DNA from: Gemmatimonadaceae bacterium
Lineage (GTDB): Bacteria > Gemmatimonadota > Gemmatimonadetes > Gemmatimonadales > Gemmatimonadaceae
Length of the DNA: 64,000 bases
Direction of reading: 5' to 3'
Assembly (NCBI GenBank): GCA_045803545.1
Contig: JBJMOW010000004.1
Coordinates: 832,001-896,000, forward strand
In this document: positions 37,648 to 47,686 of the stretch, in pieces
Layout of the letters: the number at the start of each line of letters is the position of its first letter
Position numbering within the stretch: position 1 is the first letter of the stretch
Translations under genes and position numbers: made by a program
Notes under the pieces: model-generated
Databases searched by the model: none
What the model was told of the DNA's origin: nothing
Seen by the model: the letters and a program-made list of their open reading frames with translations, nothing else

Positions 37648-38421
37648 GTGGACAGGATCAAAACGATTCTCAAATCCGGTCGCACCCGACACCTCGGGCT
37701 GGTGACCGCTGCACTGCTCGGCTCGCTCTACACCGTTCAGCACGTGAGCCCGAAGCTGCCAGATCTGAGCGCAGTCGACGCCATCCTCGTACGGGACGTC
37801 GCACAGTCGGCGCCCGACTCGGGCTGGGACCTGGCGAACATCAACAATCCGCGCGTCGACTCGTGGGTCAAGCTTTTCAGCACCGACCCGAAAGTCAAAG
37901 CCCGCTTCGCGGTCTGGCTCGATCGCAAGTCGACATACCAGCCGATGATCTCGACAAAGCTCGATGAGCGCGACATGCCGCAGGATCTCATCTACCTCGC
38001 CATGATCGAATCGGGATTCAATCCCAGGGCTCAGTCCCCGGCGAAGGCGGGCGGCTTGTGGCAGTTCATCAGCGAGACCGGCAAACGCTACGGCCTCACC
38101 GTCAACAAGAAGCTGGACGAGCGGAATCATCCCGATAAGGCCACGGAAGCTGCGCTGTCGTACCTGTCTGATTTGCACGACCGCTTCGGATCGTGGTATC
38201 TCGCCGCGGCCGCTTACAACACCGGCGAAAATCGCGTCGGTCGCATCATGCGTCAGGTGACGGGCAGCGAGAAGGGAACAGACCAGGACTACTATAGAAT
38301 TTCGAAGCTCCTTCCCAAAGAAACCCAGGACTACGTCCCGATGATGATTGCGGCCGCGCGCATCTCCAAGGATCCAGCGCGTTACGGGTTTGACAGCGGC
38401 GACGTGGCGATGGGCGAGTAG
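37648..38421 (+). CDS. Lytic transglycosylase (SLT, MltD-like, no LysM)
   Basis: 'LAMIESGFNP.A.S...A.GLWQF', 'AAYNTGE', 'LPKETQDYVP'; GGAGG RBS. Confidence 0.93.
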   Translation: MDRIKTILKSGRTRHLGLVTAALLGSLYTVQHVSPKLPDLSAVDAILVRDVAQSAPDSGWDLANINNPRVDSWVKLFSTDPKVKARFAVWLDRKSTYQPMISTKLDERDMPQDLIYLAMIESGFNPRAQSPAKAGGLWQFISETGKRYGLTVNKKLDERNHPDKATEAALSYLSDLHDRFGSWYLAAAAYNTGENRVGRIMRQVTGSEKGTDQDYYRISKLLPKETQDYVPMMIAAARISKDPARYGFDSGDVAMGE

Positions 38422-38551
38422 CGTCGAAAGCTCGGACAGGTCGAAAACTCGAGCAGGACGGCTGGTCAAGCAAAGCGCTTGCTGTAATGCCGGTGCGGCT
38501 TATTCTTGAGTACCGTAAGCCGACATCCACACGCAGTCACCGGAATCTTCA

Positions 38552-38770
38552 ATGGCGCAGGCGACCGTCCAAAAACAGAACACCATCATCGCCAACCAGC
38601 GCGATATTGTCCGCAATCAACAGAGGATTCTGAGGCACCAGAACCTCCTGCCCAAACTGCTGCGAAACCAGACGCGGATCCTGCGGAATCAGGACGCGAT
38701 CGTCAAGAATCAGAAAAAGATTCTGCGCGCACACGCGCGCCTGCTCGCCCGCGAGCAACAGCGCGGCTGA
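38552..38770 (+). CDS. Small basic coiled-coil protein built of I-x-x-N-Q-x-x heptads
   Basis: IIANQRD IVRNQQR ILRHQNL ... LLRNQTR ILRNQDA IVKNQKK ILRAHAR. Confidence 0.75.
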   Translation: MAQATVQKQNTIIANQRDIVRNQQRILRHQNLLPKLLRNQTRILRNQDAIVKNQKKILRAHARLLAREQQRG

Positions 38771-38773
38771 CGC

Positions 38774-39103
38774 TCAGTCGGCGTCGATAACGCGGTCCAT
38801 CGCTTCCGTGTAGCGACGCCATTGCGCGGTTTCCTCGGCCAGCGCATGACGGCCGGTAGCAGTCAGCTCATAGTAGCGCGCGATTCGATTGTTCCTCGTC
38901 GTCCGCCAGTACGACGCGACCCAGCCACGGTTCTCAAATCGATGCACCGCCGGATAGAGCGAGCCCTGCCCAACCTTGAAGTGATCCCCCGATAGCTCGC
39001 GTATCCGTGCACTGATTCCCCACGCGTGCACCGGCTCGATCGCCAACGCCTTCAGGATCAACAGATCGAGCGTGCCTTGTATGACGTCGAAAGAATTCGC
39101 CAT
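38774..39103 (-). CDS. PadR-family transcriptional regulator (acidobacterial type)
   Basis: 'QGTLDLLILKAL', 'GSLYPA..R.E..GW', 'NNR.A.YY.LT..GR'. Confidence 0.93.
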   Translation of the reverse strand: MANSFDVIQGTLDLLILKALAIEPVHAWGISARIRELSGDHFKVGQGSLYPAVHRFENRGWVASYWRTTRNNRIARYYELTATGRHALAEETAQWRRYTEAMDRVIDAD

Positions 39104-39228
39104 TTCTTCAGTGCTCCTGTCGAAGCAAAAGGGAAGTGTACGGCAATCTGATTATTGCGCAAGGGTATCCCCGGTACGACATTTGTCCGCCGATTCAGAC
39201 CCGTCGCACCCTCAACTGCCTGGTCCCG

Positions 39229-40536
39229 ATGCGCCGCACCTTATTGATTGCCTGCTTTCTTACCACGCCCGCACTCGTATTCGCGCAGACGAATCCGGTA
39301 AACGCACCGGCGTCGCAGCGGGACATGTGGGGATCGCTGCCGTTAGGCACCACGGTTGGCGGACAGATTCGGGTCCGCGTCGAGTCTTACGACGCCGGCG
39401 GCTTCAATCCCGCCAATTCGGATTCATATGCGTTGACGAGGATTCTTCTCAACGCCCGCGTCCATCCTACTGCGTCGACATCGCTGTTTGTCGAAGCCAT
39501 GGACGCGCGTGGACCATGGAAGAACAGGACACCAATCGGCGCGCCATTCCGGGACAACGCAGATCTTCGACAGCTCTATGCCCAGGTCGGCGCCGACAAC
39601 GCATCGACGACCCTCCGCGCCGGCAGACAGGAGCTTTTTTACGGTGACGGCCGACTGGTTGGGCCACTCCTCTGGGCCAACACTGCGCGCACCTTCGATG
39701 CAGCGCGCCTGAGCAATAGCGGAAACGGTTATCGCATCGATGCATTCGCCGCGTCGGTAGTGAAAATCGATCAGACCCGTTTCGACAAGAACGTGCCGGG
39801 TAACAACTTCTACGGCACTTACATCGCAACTACTCGATTCATTCCGCGCACGAGTGTCGAGCCTTTCTTCTTCTGGCGCCGCCAGAGCGGGTTGAACACC
39901 GAAGCCGGCGTGCGCAGCACCATGAATTTTGGGACGCTTGGTTTGCGGCTCGCTGGAAAGCAACCCACCGTCGACTACGACGCGCAGCTTGTCGGTCAGC
40001 ACGGCTCACTCGGCGATGAGCCGATTCGGGCGTGGGCTGCCCACGGTCTTCTGGGATACACCCTGGCGCGCGTCGCGCTGACACCGCGACTCTGGGGTGA
40101 GTACAACCAGGCGACGGGTGACTCAAACCCGACCGACAATCGGAAGGAGACGTTCGATCAGCTCTACCCGACTGGACACGACAAATACGGTTTGACCGAT
40201 CTCGTCGGCTGGCAGAACATGCGGCACGTTCGCGGCGGACTTGACCTCGCGTTCAACAAAGCGTGGTCGGCAACTACGAGATACAGCCACTACTGGCTCG
40301 ACGATGCGCACGACGCGCTGTACAACGGCGGCGGAGCGACGATCGCGCGCTCGCCCACTGGCGTCGCGGGTACCAACGTCGGTCAGGAAGTCGATTTCGT
40401 CGTGCAGGGTAAACCGCGCGCCGGACTTGGATTCTCCGCCGGAGTCGGTCATCTCATTCCCGGCGACTTTCTAAAAACCACCACTCCTGGACACGCGTAC
40501 ACCTATCCGTACGCAATGCTCACGTTTGATTTCTGA
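39229..40536 (+). CDS. Alginate-export (AlgE-like) outer-membrane beta-barrel
   Basis: Signal peptide; 'R.RVE', 'DLRQLY', 'GRQEL.YGDGRLVG...W.N..RTFDA', 'ATGD', 'TFDQLYPTGH'; C-terminal Phe. Confidence 0.88.
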   Translation: MRRTLLIACFLTTPALVFAQTNPVNAPASQRDMWGSLPLGTTVGGQIRVRVESYDAGGFNPANSDSYALTRILLNARVHPTASTSLFVEAMDARGPWKNRTPIGAPFRDNADLRQLYAQVGADNASTTLRAGRQELFYGDGRLVGPLLWANTARTFDAARLSNSGNGYRIDAFAASVVKIDQTRFDKNVPGNNFYGTYIATTRFIPRTSVEPFFFWRRQSGLNTEAGVRSTMNFGTLGLRLAGKQPTVDYDAQLVGQHGSLGDEPIRAWAAHGLLGYTLARVALTPRLWGEYNQATGDSNPTDNRKETFDQLYPTGHDKYGLTDLVGWQNMRHVRGGLDLAFNKAWSATTRYSHYWLDDAHDALYNGGGATIARSPTGVAGTNVGQEVDFVVQGKPRAGLGFSAGVGHLIPGDFLKTTTPGHAYTYPYAMLTFDF

Positions 40537-40554
40537 CCCTCATCGGAGAACTTG

Positions 40555-41145
40555 ATGTCCGTCTCAGCTCCCATCCATTTAGCCGGCCACGAGTCCGGAA
40601 GCCTCTCCGATCGGTTGAACACGCGCTGGCACAAAGTCGCGCTGCAGGGTTTCCTCGCGATCGTGCTGCTTCACTGGGCCGAGCACGTTGTGCAGGCTTA
40701 TCAGTTTTATGTGCTGCACATGCCGCGTCCGATGTCGATGGGGCTGATGGGAATGTTCTATCCCTGGCTGATGAAGACTGAAACGCTCCACTACGGCTTC
40801 GCGCTGGTGATGCTGATCGGTCTTTGGGTGTTGCGTCGCGGATTCACCGGTACTTCGTACAAGTGGTGGATGGTTTCGTTCTGGATTCAGGTCTGGCACC
40901 ACTTCGAGCATTTCATCCTGTTCTACCAGGCGAACACTCATCACTACTGGTTTGGGGGAAAGGTGCCGACCAGCGTTGGACAGATCTGGTTCCCGCGTAT
41001 CGAGCTTCATCTGTTCTACAACACCATCGTCTTCATTCCGATGGTAGTCGCGATGTACTATCACGTATATCCGCCCGCACGCGAGGCAGTGAAGATGATG
41101 TGCACCTGTGCGCGTCATCGTGACCCGCTTTCAGCAGCGGCCTGA
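40555..41145 (+). CDS. His-rich integral membrane protein of unknown function
   Basis: Four TM helices carrying HWAEH, ETLH, WHHFEH and ELH; C-terminal CTC; GGAG RBS. Confidence 0.8.
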   Translation: MSVSAPIHLAGHESGSLSDRLNTRWHKVALQGFLAIVLLHWAEHVVQAYQFYVLHMPRPMSMGLMGMFYPWLMKTETLHYGFALVMLIGLWVLRRGFTGTSYKWWMVSFWIQVWHHFEHFILFYQANTHHYWFGGKVPTSVGQIWFPRIELHLFYNTIVFIPMVVAMYYHVYPPAREAVKMMCTCARHRDPLSAAA

Positions 41146-41341
41146 ACGAGCGTTTGTTTAATCATTACCGCTCCTGTCGTTGGTATTACGCTAACAAGCG
41201 AAGACACCAACTTCGTTATATCTATTTCCGTGACCAGTGCTAAGTTGGATTAGCACTCGCGGAACAACACCAGCCCGCGAAAACAGGTTCTTCGGAAGGT
41301 TCGAAGCGTATCAGGCGCTTCTGGCGACGCCGTCGCAGCGG

Positions 41342-41701
41342 ATGGGTCCGATGCCGGAAGAAACACGCGTCGCAGTACCGCAAGAGTTGTGTGAAGACAT
41401 CCACCTTGCGTTCGCACGAGTTGCCAGCGACACCCCCGGCTCAATTGCGGCGCTTCAGCGCGCTGTGCGACGATTCACCGTCGCGCTGCAGAATGATGGT
41501 GCGACGCCTGAAGCAGTGCTGATCGCGCTCAAAGCCGTCATCAACTCTGGAGCCTTTCATGTCACGAGCAGTCCGAGCGACTTGAGGGATGAGAACCTGC
41601 GGCAGTTGATCAGCAGCTGGAGCATCGAAGAGTTCTTTGGCGCGGCCGCTCTGCCAACGCGTCCTGATCAGGAAAAGTCCGCCATTCACCACCAGTTCTA
41701 G
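41342..41701 (+). CDS. Small helical hypothetical protein
   Basis: 'L..AV..F...L...GATPEAVLIALK...LISSWSIEEFF'; start uncertain. Confidence 0.6.
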   Translation: MGPMPEETRVAVPQELCEDIHLAFARVASDTPGSIAALQRAVRRFTVALQNDGATPEAVLIALKAVINSGAFHVTSSPSDLRDENLRQLISSWSIEEFFGAAALPTRPDQEKSAIHHQF

Positions 41702-44148
41702 AATCCGATCGGAGTGCCGGGCGGGAGTTGAATCACAGCGGTCGTCCTGGGTGGCGCGATGCGCTTATCCAGCCAGTTGCGCGAGTCGCGCACAATAGCG
41801 CTGTTAGCAGCGCGATCGTCGGCGTCACCGGGATTGCCTGCAGCTAGCCGATTTGCAAGCCGATTGAGATTGCTCTCCGCGACCGCGCGGGCGTCGGCGG
41901 TTGCGCGAGGATTCGACGCAAGTGCCAGGAGCGCATCCACAACCGATCGGCGCGCGGCACGGCGCAACGACGATTCATAAGCCGTGGTTGCCGTCGCCTT
42001 GTCGAAAACTGACGCGAGCATCGTGCTCATTACTTCGTCGGCGCTCGGCGACGCCGAGTTGCGCGCATGGAACGCGAACAAACGCTCGACCCGCTCGGGC
42101 TGCAGAATTCCATCTGCGACGTAACCAGAGAGAGCGCGCGCGACCGCCAGCGGATCGAAAACAATTCCGGCAGGCGAGTCGAACGTCCACCCTCCGCGAA
42201 ATCCGTAGGGTGACGGCGGCAGCTTGGCGAGAACACGCTCCGGTATCGCCAGCGCCTTCGGTTGGATCGTCGCTATCAATGCCGTGAGTGCCTCGCGTTG
42301 TCTCGCCGGATCGATCACGCGCGCCGGAACCTGGGTGTCTCCGCGCAAAGCGAAGGTATAATCCATCCCACCAATCGCTTTGATTGCGCCTTCGATCGCG
42401 TAGCGATGATGCAGATAGACGGGAACGAGTCGTTCGTTGAGGAACCACATCGGATCGCCTGGCGGGATAACACTCTCGTCGAACTTCGACAGCAGAACAT
42501 CGCGCACTGCACTCTGTCGCTCGAGCTCCTTCACGGCGTCGTTGCCATTGAGCCAGCGCGTCGCTTCGGGAACGACACCCGCATCCGCATCGCGGTCTGA
42601 CAGGAAGCGCGTTCCTTTGGCAATCGCGTCGCGCATCAGTGCATCGAGTCCCGCTCTCTCCTCGGTGGGTGAGGTGAACTGGGTATACGCGAATCGGATC
42701 GCGAGGGTATCGTAGGACCCGGTCCCAGATCTCCACGCATTCGAGACATCGACGGTGCCGTCTTTCCTCAGCGTCACCAGCGGCCCGGGATAGTCCATCA
42801 CGCTTGCCCGGCCGTATGTATGAGACACGTAGTTGTGCGCAAGGCCGAGGGTGTGGCCGATCTCGTGAGCGATGTGCTGGCGCCGGCGTGCCATCGTGAA
42901 TTCGGTTCCGTTCACTTTTGGATCGAGCGACGTGATCCACGCTTCGGTGGCATCGTCCATCGCCGGCTCCATTCCGGCGAAGATGTTGTAGTCGGTGATG
43001 GACCGATATGTGTCCATCTTGAGCGCGGCTTTGATGATCTCACCCGTGCGAGGATCGACGAACGACTGACCGACGGAGAATCCCGGATCGCTGCGGTGGA
43101 CCCATTGAATCACTGAGTAGCGCGCATCCATCGGATCGACGGAGTCAGGCAGATCCTCGACGCGGAATGCGTTGGTGAATCCGGCCGCCTCGAAGGTCTT
43201 GTTCCACCAACTGGCGCCCTGCTTGAACGCCGTTCGATACGGCTCGGGTACACCGCGATCGAGGTAGTACACGAGTGGCTTGATGGGATCGGACAGCGCG
43301 GCGTTCGGATCTTTCTTCTCGAGACGCCACCGCGCCAGCCAACGCACCTGCGGCCGTCGGTTGAACGGCAGCGAGAAATCGTAGAAGTCGACCGAGAACA
43401 TCCCGACGCGCGGATCGAACGCGCGCGGTTTGTAATTGCTGTCCGGCAGCTCTACGAACGAGTGATGTTGACGAAGCGTCAGCGCGCGCGCATCGGGTGT
43501 GTGGCGAGCGACGTCGCTGCCCGGCGCATCGCTCTCGAAGGTGAGCAGAACTTCCACCTCGGTGTTCCTGGGAAAAGCTTTGGTTCGCGCCGGATAGATC
43601 GCACTTCGATTCCTGTCGAGCCGGAAGCTGCCCTGCTGACCGCGCTGCAGGTTACCACGGACGTCGAACACATCCTGAAGTACGAAGTCGCTTGCGTCGA
43701 CCAGAACTCTGCCGCTCTCTTCCGCGAGGATGGGGAATGAGGCCAGCACCGAATTGGCAAACGATTCCTCGACGGTGCGCTCCTCGACGGTATCGCCAGA
43801 AGCGCGGAAATCGAGATTGCGGCGAACCAGAAAGATGCGGGGCCCAAACCGCTCGAATCTCACCACGCCCTGATCGCCGGTGGTGCCGCGATCCAGTCCG
43901 CGATCGTTGGAGCCCAGCCCCGTGGAGAGCGAGTAGAGGTAGAGGAAATCCTGATCGAACCGTGAGATCTCGAACAGCAGCTTGCCCGTGCGCTCGTCGA
44001 GATAGAACGGAATGAATCCGTCTCGGCGCTCGAGCCCGGCGGTTTGTTGAGCCCAGGTTCGGGGAGCGGCCTGCTGGGCGGGTTGCTGCGCTAAGGCGGT
44101 CGACGCCAGCATGGAAAGGCTGGCCACTATCGAAGTCAGGTATCTCAT
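41698..44148 (-). CDS. Exported zinc metalloprotease (metzincin; DUF5117/DUF4953-type)
   Basis: HEIGHTLGLAHN, SVMDY Met-turn, 'DPRTGEI'; signal peptide from ATG 44148. Confidence 0.92.
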   Translation of the reverse strand: MRYLTSIVASLSMLASTALAQQPAQQAAPRTWAQQTAGLERRDGFIPFYLDERTGKLLFEISRFDQDFLYLYSLSTGLGSNDRGLDRGTTGDQGVVRFERFGPRIFLVRRNLDFRASGDTVEERTVEESFANSVLASFPILAEESGRVLVDASDFVLQDVFDVRGNLQRGQQGSFRLDRNRSAIYPARTKAFPRNTEVEVLLTFESDAPGSDVARHTPDARALTLRQHHSFVELPDSNYKPRAFDPRVGMFSVDFYDFSLPFNRRPQVRWLARWRLEKKDPNAALSDPIKPLVYYLDRGVPEPYRTAFKQGASWWNKTFEAAGFTNAFRVEDLPDSVDPMDARYSVIQWVHRSDPGFSVGQSFVDPRTGEIIKAALKMDTYRSITDYNIFAGMEPAMDDATEAWITSLDPKVNGTEFTMARRRQHIAHEIGHTLGLAHNYVSHTYGRASVMDYPGPLVTLRKDGTVDVSNAWRSGTGSYDTLAIRFAYTQFTSPTEERAGLDALMRDAIAKGTRFLSDRDADAGVVPEATRWLNGNDAVKELERQSAVRDVLLSKFDESVIPPGDPMWFLNERLVPVYLHHRYAIEGAIKAIGGMDYTFALRGDTQVPARVIDPARQREALTALIATIQPKALAIPERVLAKLPPSPYGFRGGWTFDSPAGIVFDPLAVARALSGYVADGILQPERVERLFAFHARNSASPSADEVMSTMLASVFDKATATTAYESSLRRAARRSVVDALLALASNPRATADARAVAESNLNRLANRLAAGNPGDADDRAANSAIVRDSRNWLDKRIAPPRTTAVIQLPPGTPIGF

Positions 44149-44216
44149 GGGAACGCCAATATGCGGGCGGTCGTCCCCAGGGATCAATGTGTTCCGATCA
44201 CGCGGCAGCAGCGCGT

Positions 44217-44978
44217 CTACTCCCACTTGAACAGGCGAGACGTCAGCGCGACACAGATCACGAAGACTACGGCGAGCGCGAAAATGTCTCCGCTGTGGGC
44301 TGACCAGGTGTCGCCCGTCCAAATCCCCTGAAGCAGCGACGCCGAGTGCGTGAGTGGCAACACCCTGGCGATTGCGCGCAGCTTGGGCGGGAGTGACGCA
44401 GTCGGAACGAATAATCCCGAGAGCCCGATCATCGGATAGAAAATCACCGCGCCAATCGGCTGCGCGAATCGCGCCGTCGGTATGATGCTGGCCACGATAA
44501 ACCCAATGGAAAGAATGCTGAGCGTGCTGATCAACAACGCGATGGTGAATCTGCCCACTGGCACCTGTGATCCGATCGAAAAGTACCGCTTCCCTGCGAG
44601 CAGCATCAGCATCATCGTCAGTGTGGTGAGCAGCAGCTTCACCAGGACGTGCGCAGAGAGAATCGTCCACGGTCGGAGCGGCGTCGCGCGCATGCGCTTG
44701 AGAATCCCTCCTTCGCGGTAGATCGAGATGATGTTAGCGAGCGAGAGTACTGCGCTTACCGTCACGGTTAGCGCCAGCAACGTCGGAATACCACCAGCCG
44801 CCAGCAGACCGCTAAATGATTCAGTCGGTGCCGCGGTCTCGCCCGCGGTCGCTTTACCGAGGAAGATGAACGCGATGACGGGGATCACGATCGTCCCAAT
44901 CGCGCCGAGCGGCTCACGGATGAAGATCTTGATCTCGACCCATGTAAGCTGACCCAGCCCTCGCAGCGGATTCGTCAT
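44217..44978 (-). CDS. ABC-2 type exporter permease
   Basis: 'YREGGILKRMRATP', 'LSGLFVP...LP'; six TM helices. Confidence 0.92.
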   Translation of the reverse strand: MTNPLRGLGQLTWVEIKIFIREPLGAIGTIVIPVIAFIFLGKATAGETAAPTESFSGLLAAGGIPTLLALTVTVSAVLSLANIISIYREGGILKRMRATPLRPWTILSAHVLVKLLLTTLTMMLMLLAGKRYFSIGSQVPVGRFTIALLISTLSILSIGFIVASIIPTARFAQPIGAVIFYPMIGLSGLFVPTASLPPKLRAIARVLPLTHSASLLQGIWTGDTWSAHSGDIFALAVVFVICVALTSRLFKWE

Positions 44979-44981
44979 CGA

Positions 44982-45911
44982 TCAGTCGCGAAGAGAGTGG
45001 CCGGTGAGCTTGAGGAACACATCTTCGAGGTTCGGCGTCTCAGTCCGGAAATCGGTGACGGTGATGTGATTCTCCGACAGGCAGCGGATGACATCAGTCA
45101 CCAGCCTGTCGCCCGCCCCGCGAACAGTGTATTGCGAATCACTCGGCCGCGTTAACGCCACGCCGGGAATCCGCGCCAGGTTCTCTGCCGCATGCGTGTC
45201 AAGCGTGGCCAGCGTCACGCTGCGCTCGGGACAATACTTGTCGACGAGTCGCTGCGGCTGATCGATATCGATGATGCGGCCGCGATCTATGATCGCGACC
45301 CGGTCGCACAGCCGCTCTGCTTCTTCCATCAGATGCGTCGTCAGGAAAACGGTCTTGCCGCGCGTACGAATGTCGCGCACCAGATCCCAGATCTTCCGTC
45401 GCGCCTGCGGATCCAGGCCGGTGGTGAGCTCGTCGAGAAAGACGACTTCGGGATCGTTGATCAGAGCGAGCGCGATGAATAGCCGCTGTTTCTGGCCGCC
45501 GGAGAGCGTCATGAACCAGGCGTTGCGCTTGTCGGCGAGGCCAAGCTGCTCGAGCAGGTGGTCACCGATCGCAATCGGCTTCTTATAGAGCGACGCCCAC
45601 AGGTGCATCGCTTCCCAGACTTTGATTCTTTTTTGCAGCTGTGCCTGTTGCAGCTGGACCCCGATACGCTCCTGGAGTAGATAGACATCGCGAACGGGAT
45701 CGAGGCCGAGCACGGTGATGGAACCGGCGTTCGGCCGGCGGATGCCTTCGACGCATTCCATCGTCGTCGTCTTGCCGGCACCGTTTGGTCCGATGAGCCC
45801 GAAGATCTCGCCGTCGTTGACGTCGAACGAGACGTCTTCGACTGCTACGGTTTTGCCGTAGGCCTTACGTATCGAAGAGACCTGGATGACTGAGCCGAGA
45901 CGTCGGTTCAC
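44982..45911 (-). CDS. ABC transporter ATP-binding protein (DrrA-like)
   Basis: GPNGAGKT, LSGGQ, FLDELT, TTH. Confidence 0.95.
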   Translation of the reverse strand: MNRRLGSVIQVSSIRKAYGKTVAVEDVSFDVNDGEIFGLIGPNGAGKTTTMECVEGIRRPNAGSITVLGLDPVRDVYLLQERIGVQLQQAQLQKRIKVWEAMHLWASLYKKPIAIGDHLLEQLGLADKRNAWFMTLSGGQKQRLFIALALINDPEVVFLDELTTGLDPQARRKIWDLVRDIRTRGKTVFLTTHLMEEAERLCDRVAIIDRGRIIDIDQPQRLVDKYCPERSVTLATLDTHAAENLARIPGVALTRPSDSQYTVRGAGDRLVTDVIRCLSENHITVTDFRTETPNLEDVFLKLTGHSLRD

Positions 45912-45988
45912 CCCGTCAAAGTTAAAGCGCCGACGGCATTCGGGCTTGTCGCCCTTAATCCAGAAACGCAGCCATTAGATTCCACCGA

Positions 45989-47686
45989 ATGACAACGCAT
46001 TCGACTGCTCTAATCGTCGCTGCCACGTGGATTGTCGCTGCGACGTCGCCTGTCTCTGCGCAGACAGTGCAGCCATCCTGCTCCAGCCACCCCGCTCCCA
46101 CCGAGAACCTCGCGGCACAGCTCGCGAAATTCCGCCCCGTGCAGATGCCGTTCAACACGTCCGGCCTCTCCACCCGCGAAGTCGCAATGGTGCGGAAGCT
46201 GGTCGAAGCGGGACAGGATCTCGAGAGCATCTTCTGGCGACAGAGCGATCCGCAGGGGCTCGCGATCTACCAGGCTCTCGCCAACTGTCCCGGCGCCACT
46301 GAAAAGCAGATTCACCACTATCTGCTGATCAACGGTAATCGCTACGACTTGCTCGAGGGCAACAAGCCCTTCCTCGCCAACACTCGGTACGAACCCGGTC
46401 ACGCGCTCTTCCCCGCGGGAATCACGCGCAAGGAAATCGAGGACTACGTCGCCGCGCATCCTGCTAAGAAAGCTGAGATTTACAATCCGTGGACAGTCGT
46501 CAAACGCCAGGGCAGGGAACTGGTCGGTGTCCCGTATCACGTCGAGTACAACCAGTGGCTCCTCCCCGCCGCCAAAGCGCTGCGGGATGCGGCTGCACTC
46601 TCCGACGACAGGCAATTCGCGAATTTCCTGCGGCTCCGGGCCGACGCGTTGCTCACCGACAACTACTATAGTAGTGATCTCGCGTGGGTCGACCTCGACA
46701 ATCACAAGTTCGACGTCATCTTCGCCCCTTACGAGACGTATCTGGACGACCTGCTCGGCGTCAAAACTTCGTACGGCGTCGCGGTGATGATCCGAAATCC
46801 CGCCGAGTCGGCGAAGCTCACTATGTACAAGAAGTACGCGGCGGCGATTCAGGACGCGCTGCCGATTCCCGCCGCCGATCGCCCGTCGAACGCGGGACAT
46901 CCAACGCCGATGGAAGTGATGGACACGCCGTTCCGCGCCGGTGATCTGCGTCACGGATACCAGGCCGTCGCCGACAATCTTCCAAACGACCCGCGCATCC
47001 ACGCCGAGAAGGGAACGAAGAAAATCTTCTTCAAGAACTTCATGGACGCTCGGGTGAACTATGTCGTGCTGCCGATCGCCAAACTCCTGTTGCGCGCCGA
47101 TCAGGCGAACCTCGCTTCGGGCGATGGTTATCTCACCACCACCGTCATGCACGAGATCTCGCACGGACTCGGCCCTGCGTACTCACGCATTAATGGCAAG
47201 CAGGCCGATATTCGCGAATCGATCGGTCCGATCTACAGTGGTCTCGAGGAAGCGAAGGCTGACATCGTCGGACTCTACGGTCTCGATTGGCTGATGAATC
47301 ACGGCGTGCTGCCCAAGGCACGCGCACGCGATTTCTACGCATCGGAAGTCGCCGGAATCTTCCGCACCGTACGATTCGGGACCGCCGAGGCGCACGCGAA
47401 GGCGGAGATGATGGAGTTCAACTATTTCGTGGAGCAGGGCGCGATCACCCGCGATGCAGCAACGGGTCGTTATGCGATCGACTTCGCGAAGATGCCCGGC
47501 GCTGTTGCGAGTCTGGCGAAGGAGCTGCTGACGATCGAGGCGACGGGCAATCGTGCGCGCGCGGAAGCCTGGATGACGAAGTACGGAACGATGCCGGCGG
47601 ACCTGAAAGCGGCGCTAGATAGAACGACGAGTACCGTGCCCGTCGATGTTGATCCGATTACGGCGTTCGGTGAAGCGGTGAAATAG
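45989..47686 (+). CDS. Peptidase M49 (dipeptidyl-peptidase III-like), exported
   Basis: 'NLPND', HEISHGLG, LEEAKAD, 'RTVRFG..EAH'. Confidence 0.88.
   Translation: MTTHSTALIVAATWIVAATSPVSAQTVQPSCSSHPAPTENLAAQLAKFRPVQMPFNTSGLSTREVAMVRKLVEAGQDLESIFWRQSDPQGLAIYQALANCPGATEKQIHHYLLINGNRYDLLEGNKPFLANTRYEPGHALFPAGITRKEIEDYVAAHPAKKAEIYNPWTVVKRQGRELVGVPYHVEYNQWLLPAAKALRDAAALSDDRQFANFLRLRADALLTDNYYSSDLAWVDLDNHKFDVIFAPYETYLDDLLGVKTSYGVAVMIRNPAESAKLTMYKKYAAAIQDALPIPAADRPSNAGHPTPMEVMDTPFRAGDLRHGYQAVADNLPNDPRIHAEKGTKKIFFKNFMDARVNYVVLPIAKLLLRADQANLASGDGYLTTTVMHEISHGLGPAYSRINGKQADIRESIGPIYSGLEEAKADIVGLYGLDWLMNHGVLPKARARDFYASEVAGIFRTVRFGTAEAHAKAEMMEFNYFVEQGAITRDAATGRYAIDFAKMPGAVASLAKELLTIEATGNRARAEAWMTKYGTMPADLKAALDRTTSTVPVDVDPITAFGEAVK

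Noticed and set aside
39229..40536. Alginate biosynthesis locus
   Set aside because: Only the AlgE-like barrel is present; no glycosyltransferase, epimerase or acetylation genes accompany it.
46010..47164. Long antisense ORFs (also 36205-37188, 37426-38469, 54054-54809, 2289-3041)
   Set aside because: They are shadows of well-supported genes on the opposite strand, expected with GC-rich codon bias, and carry no motifs.
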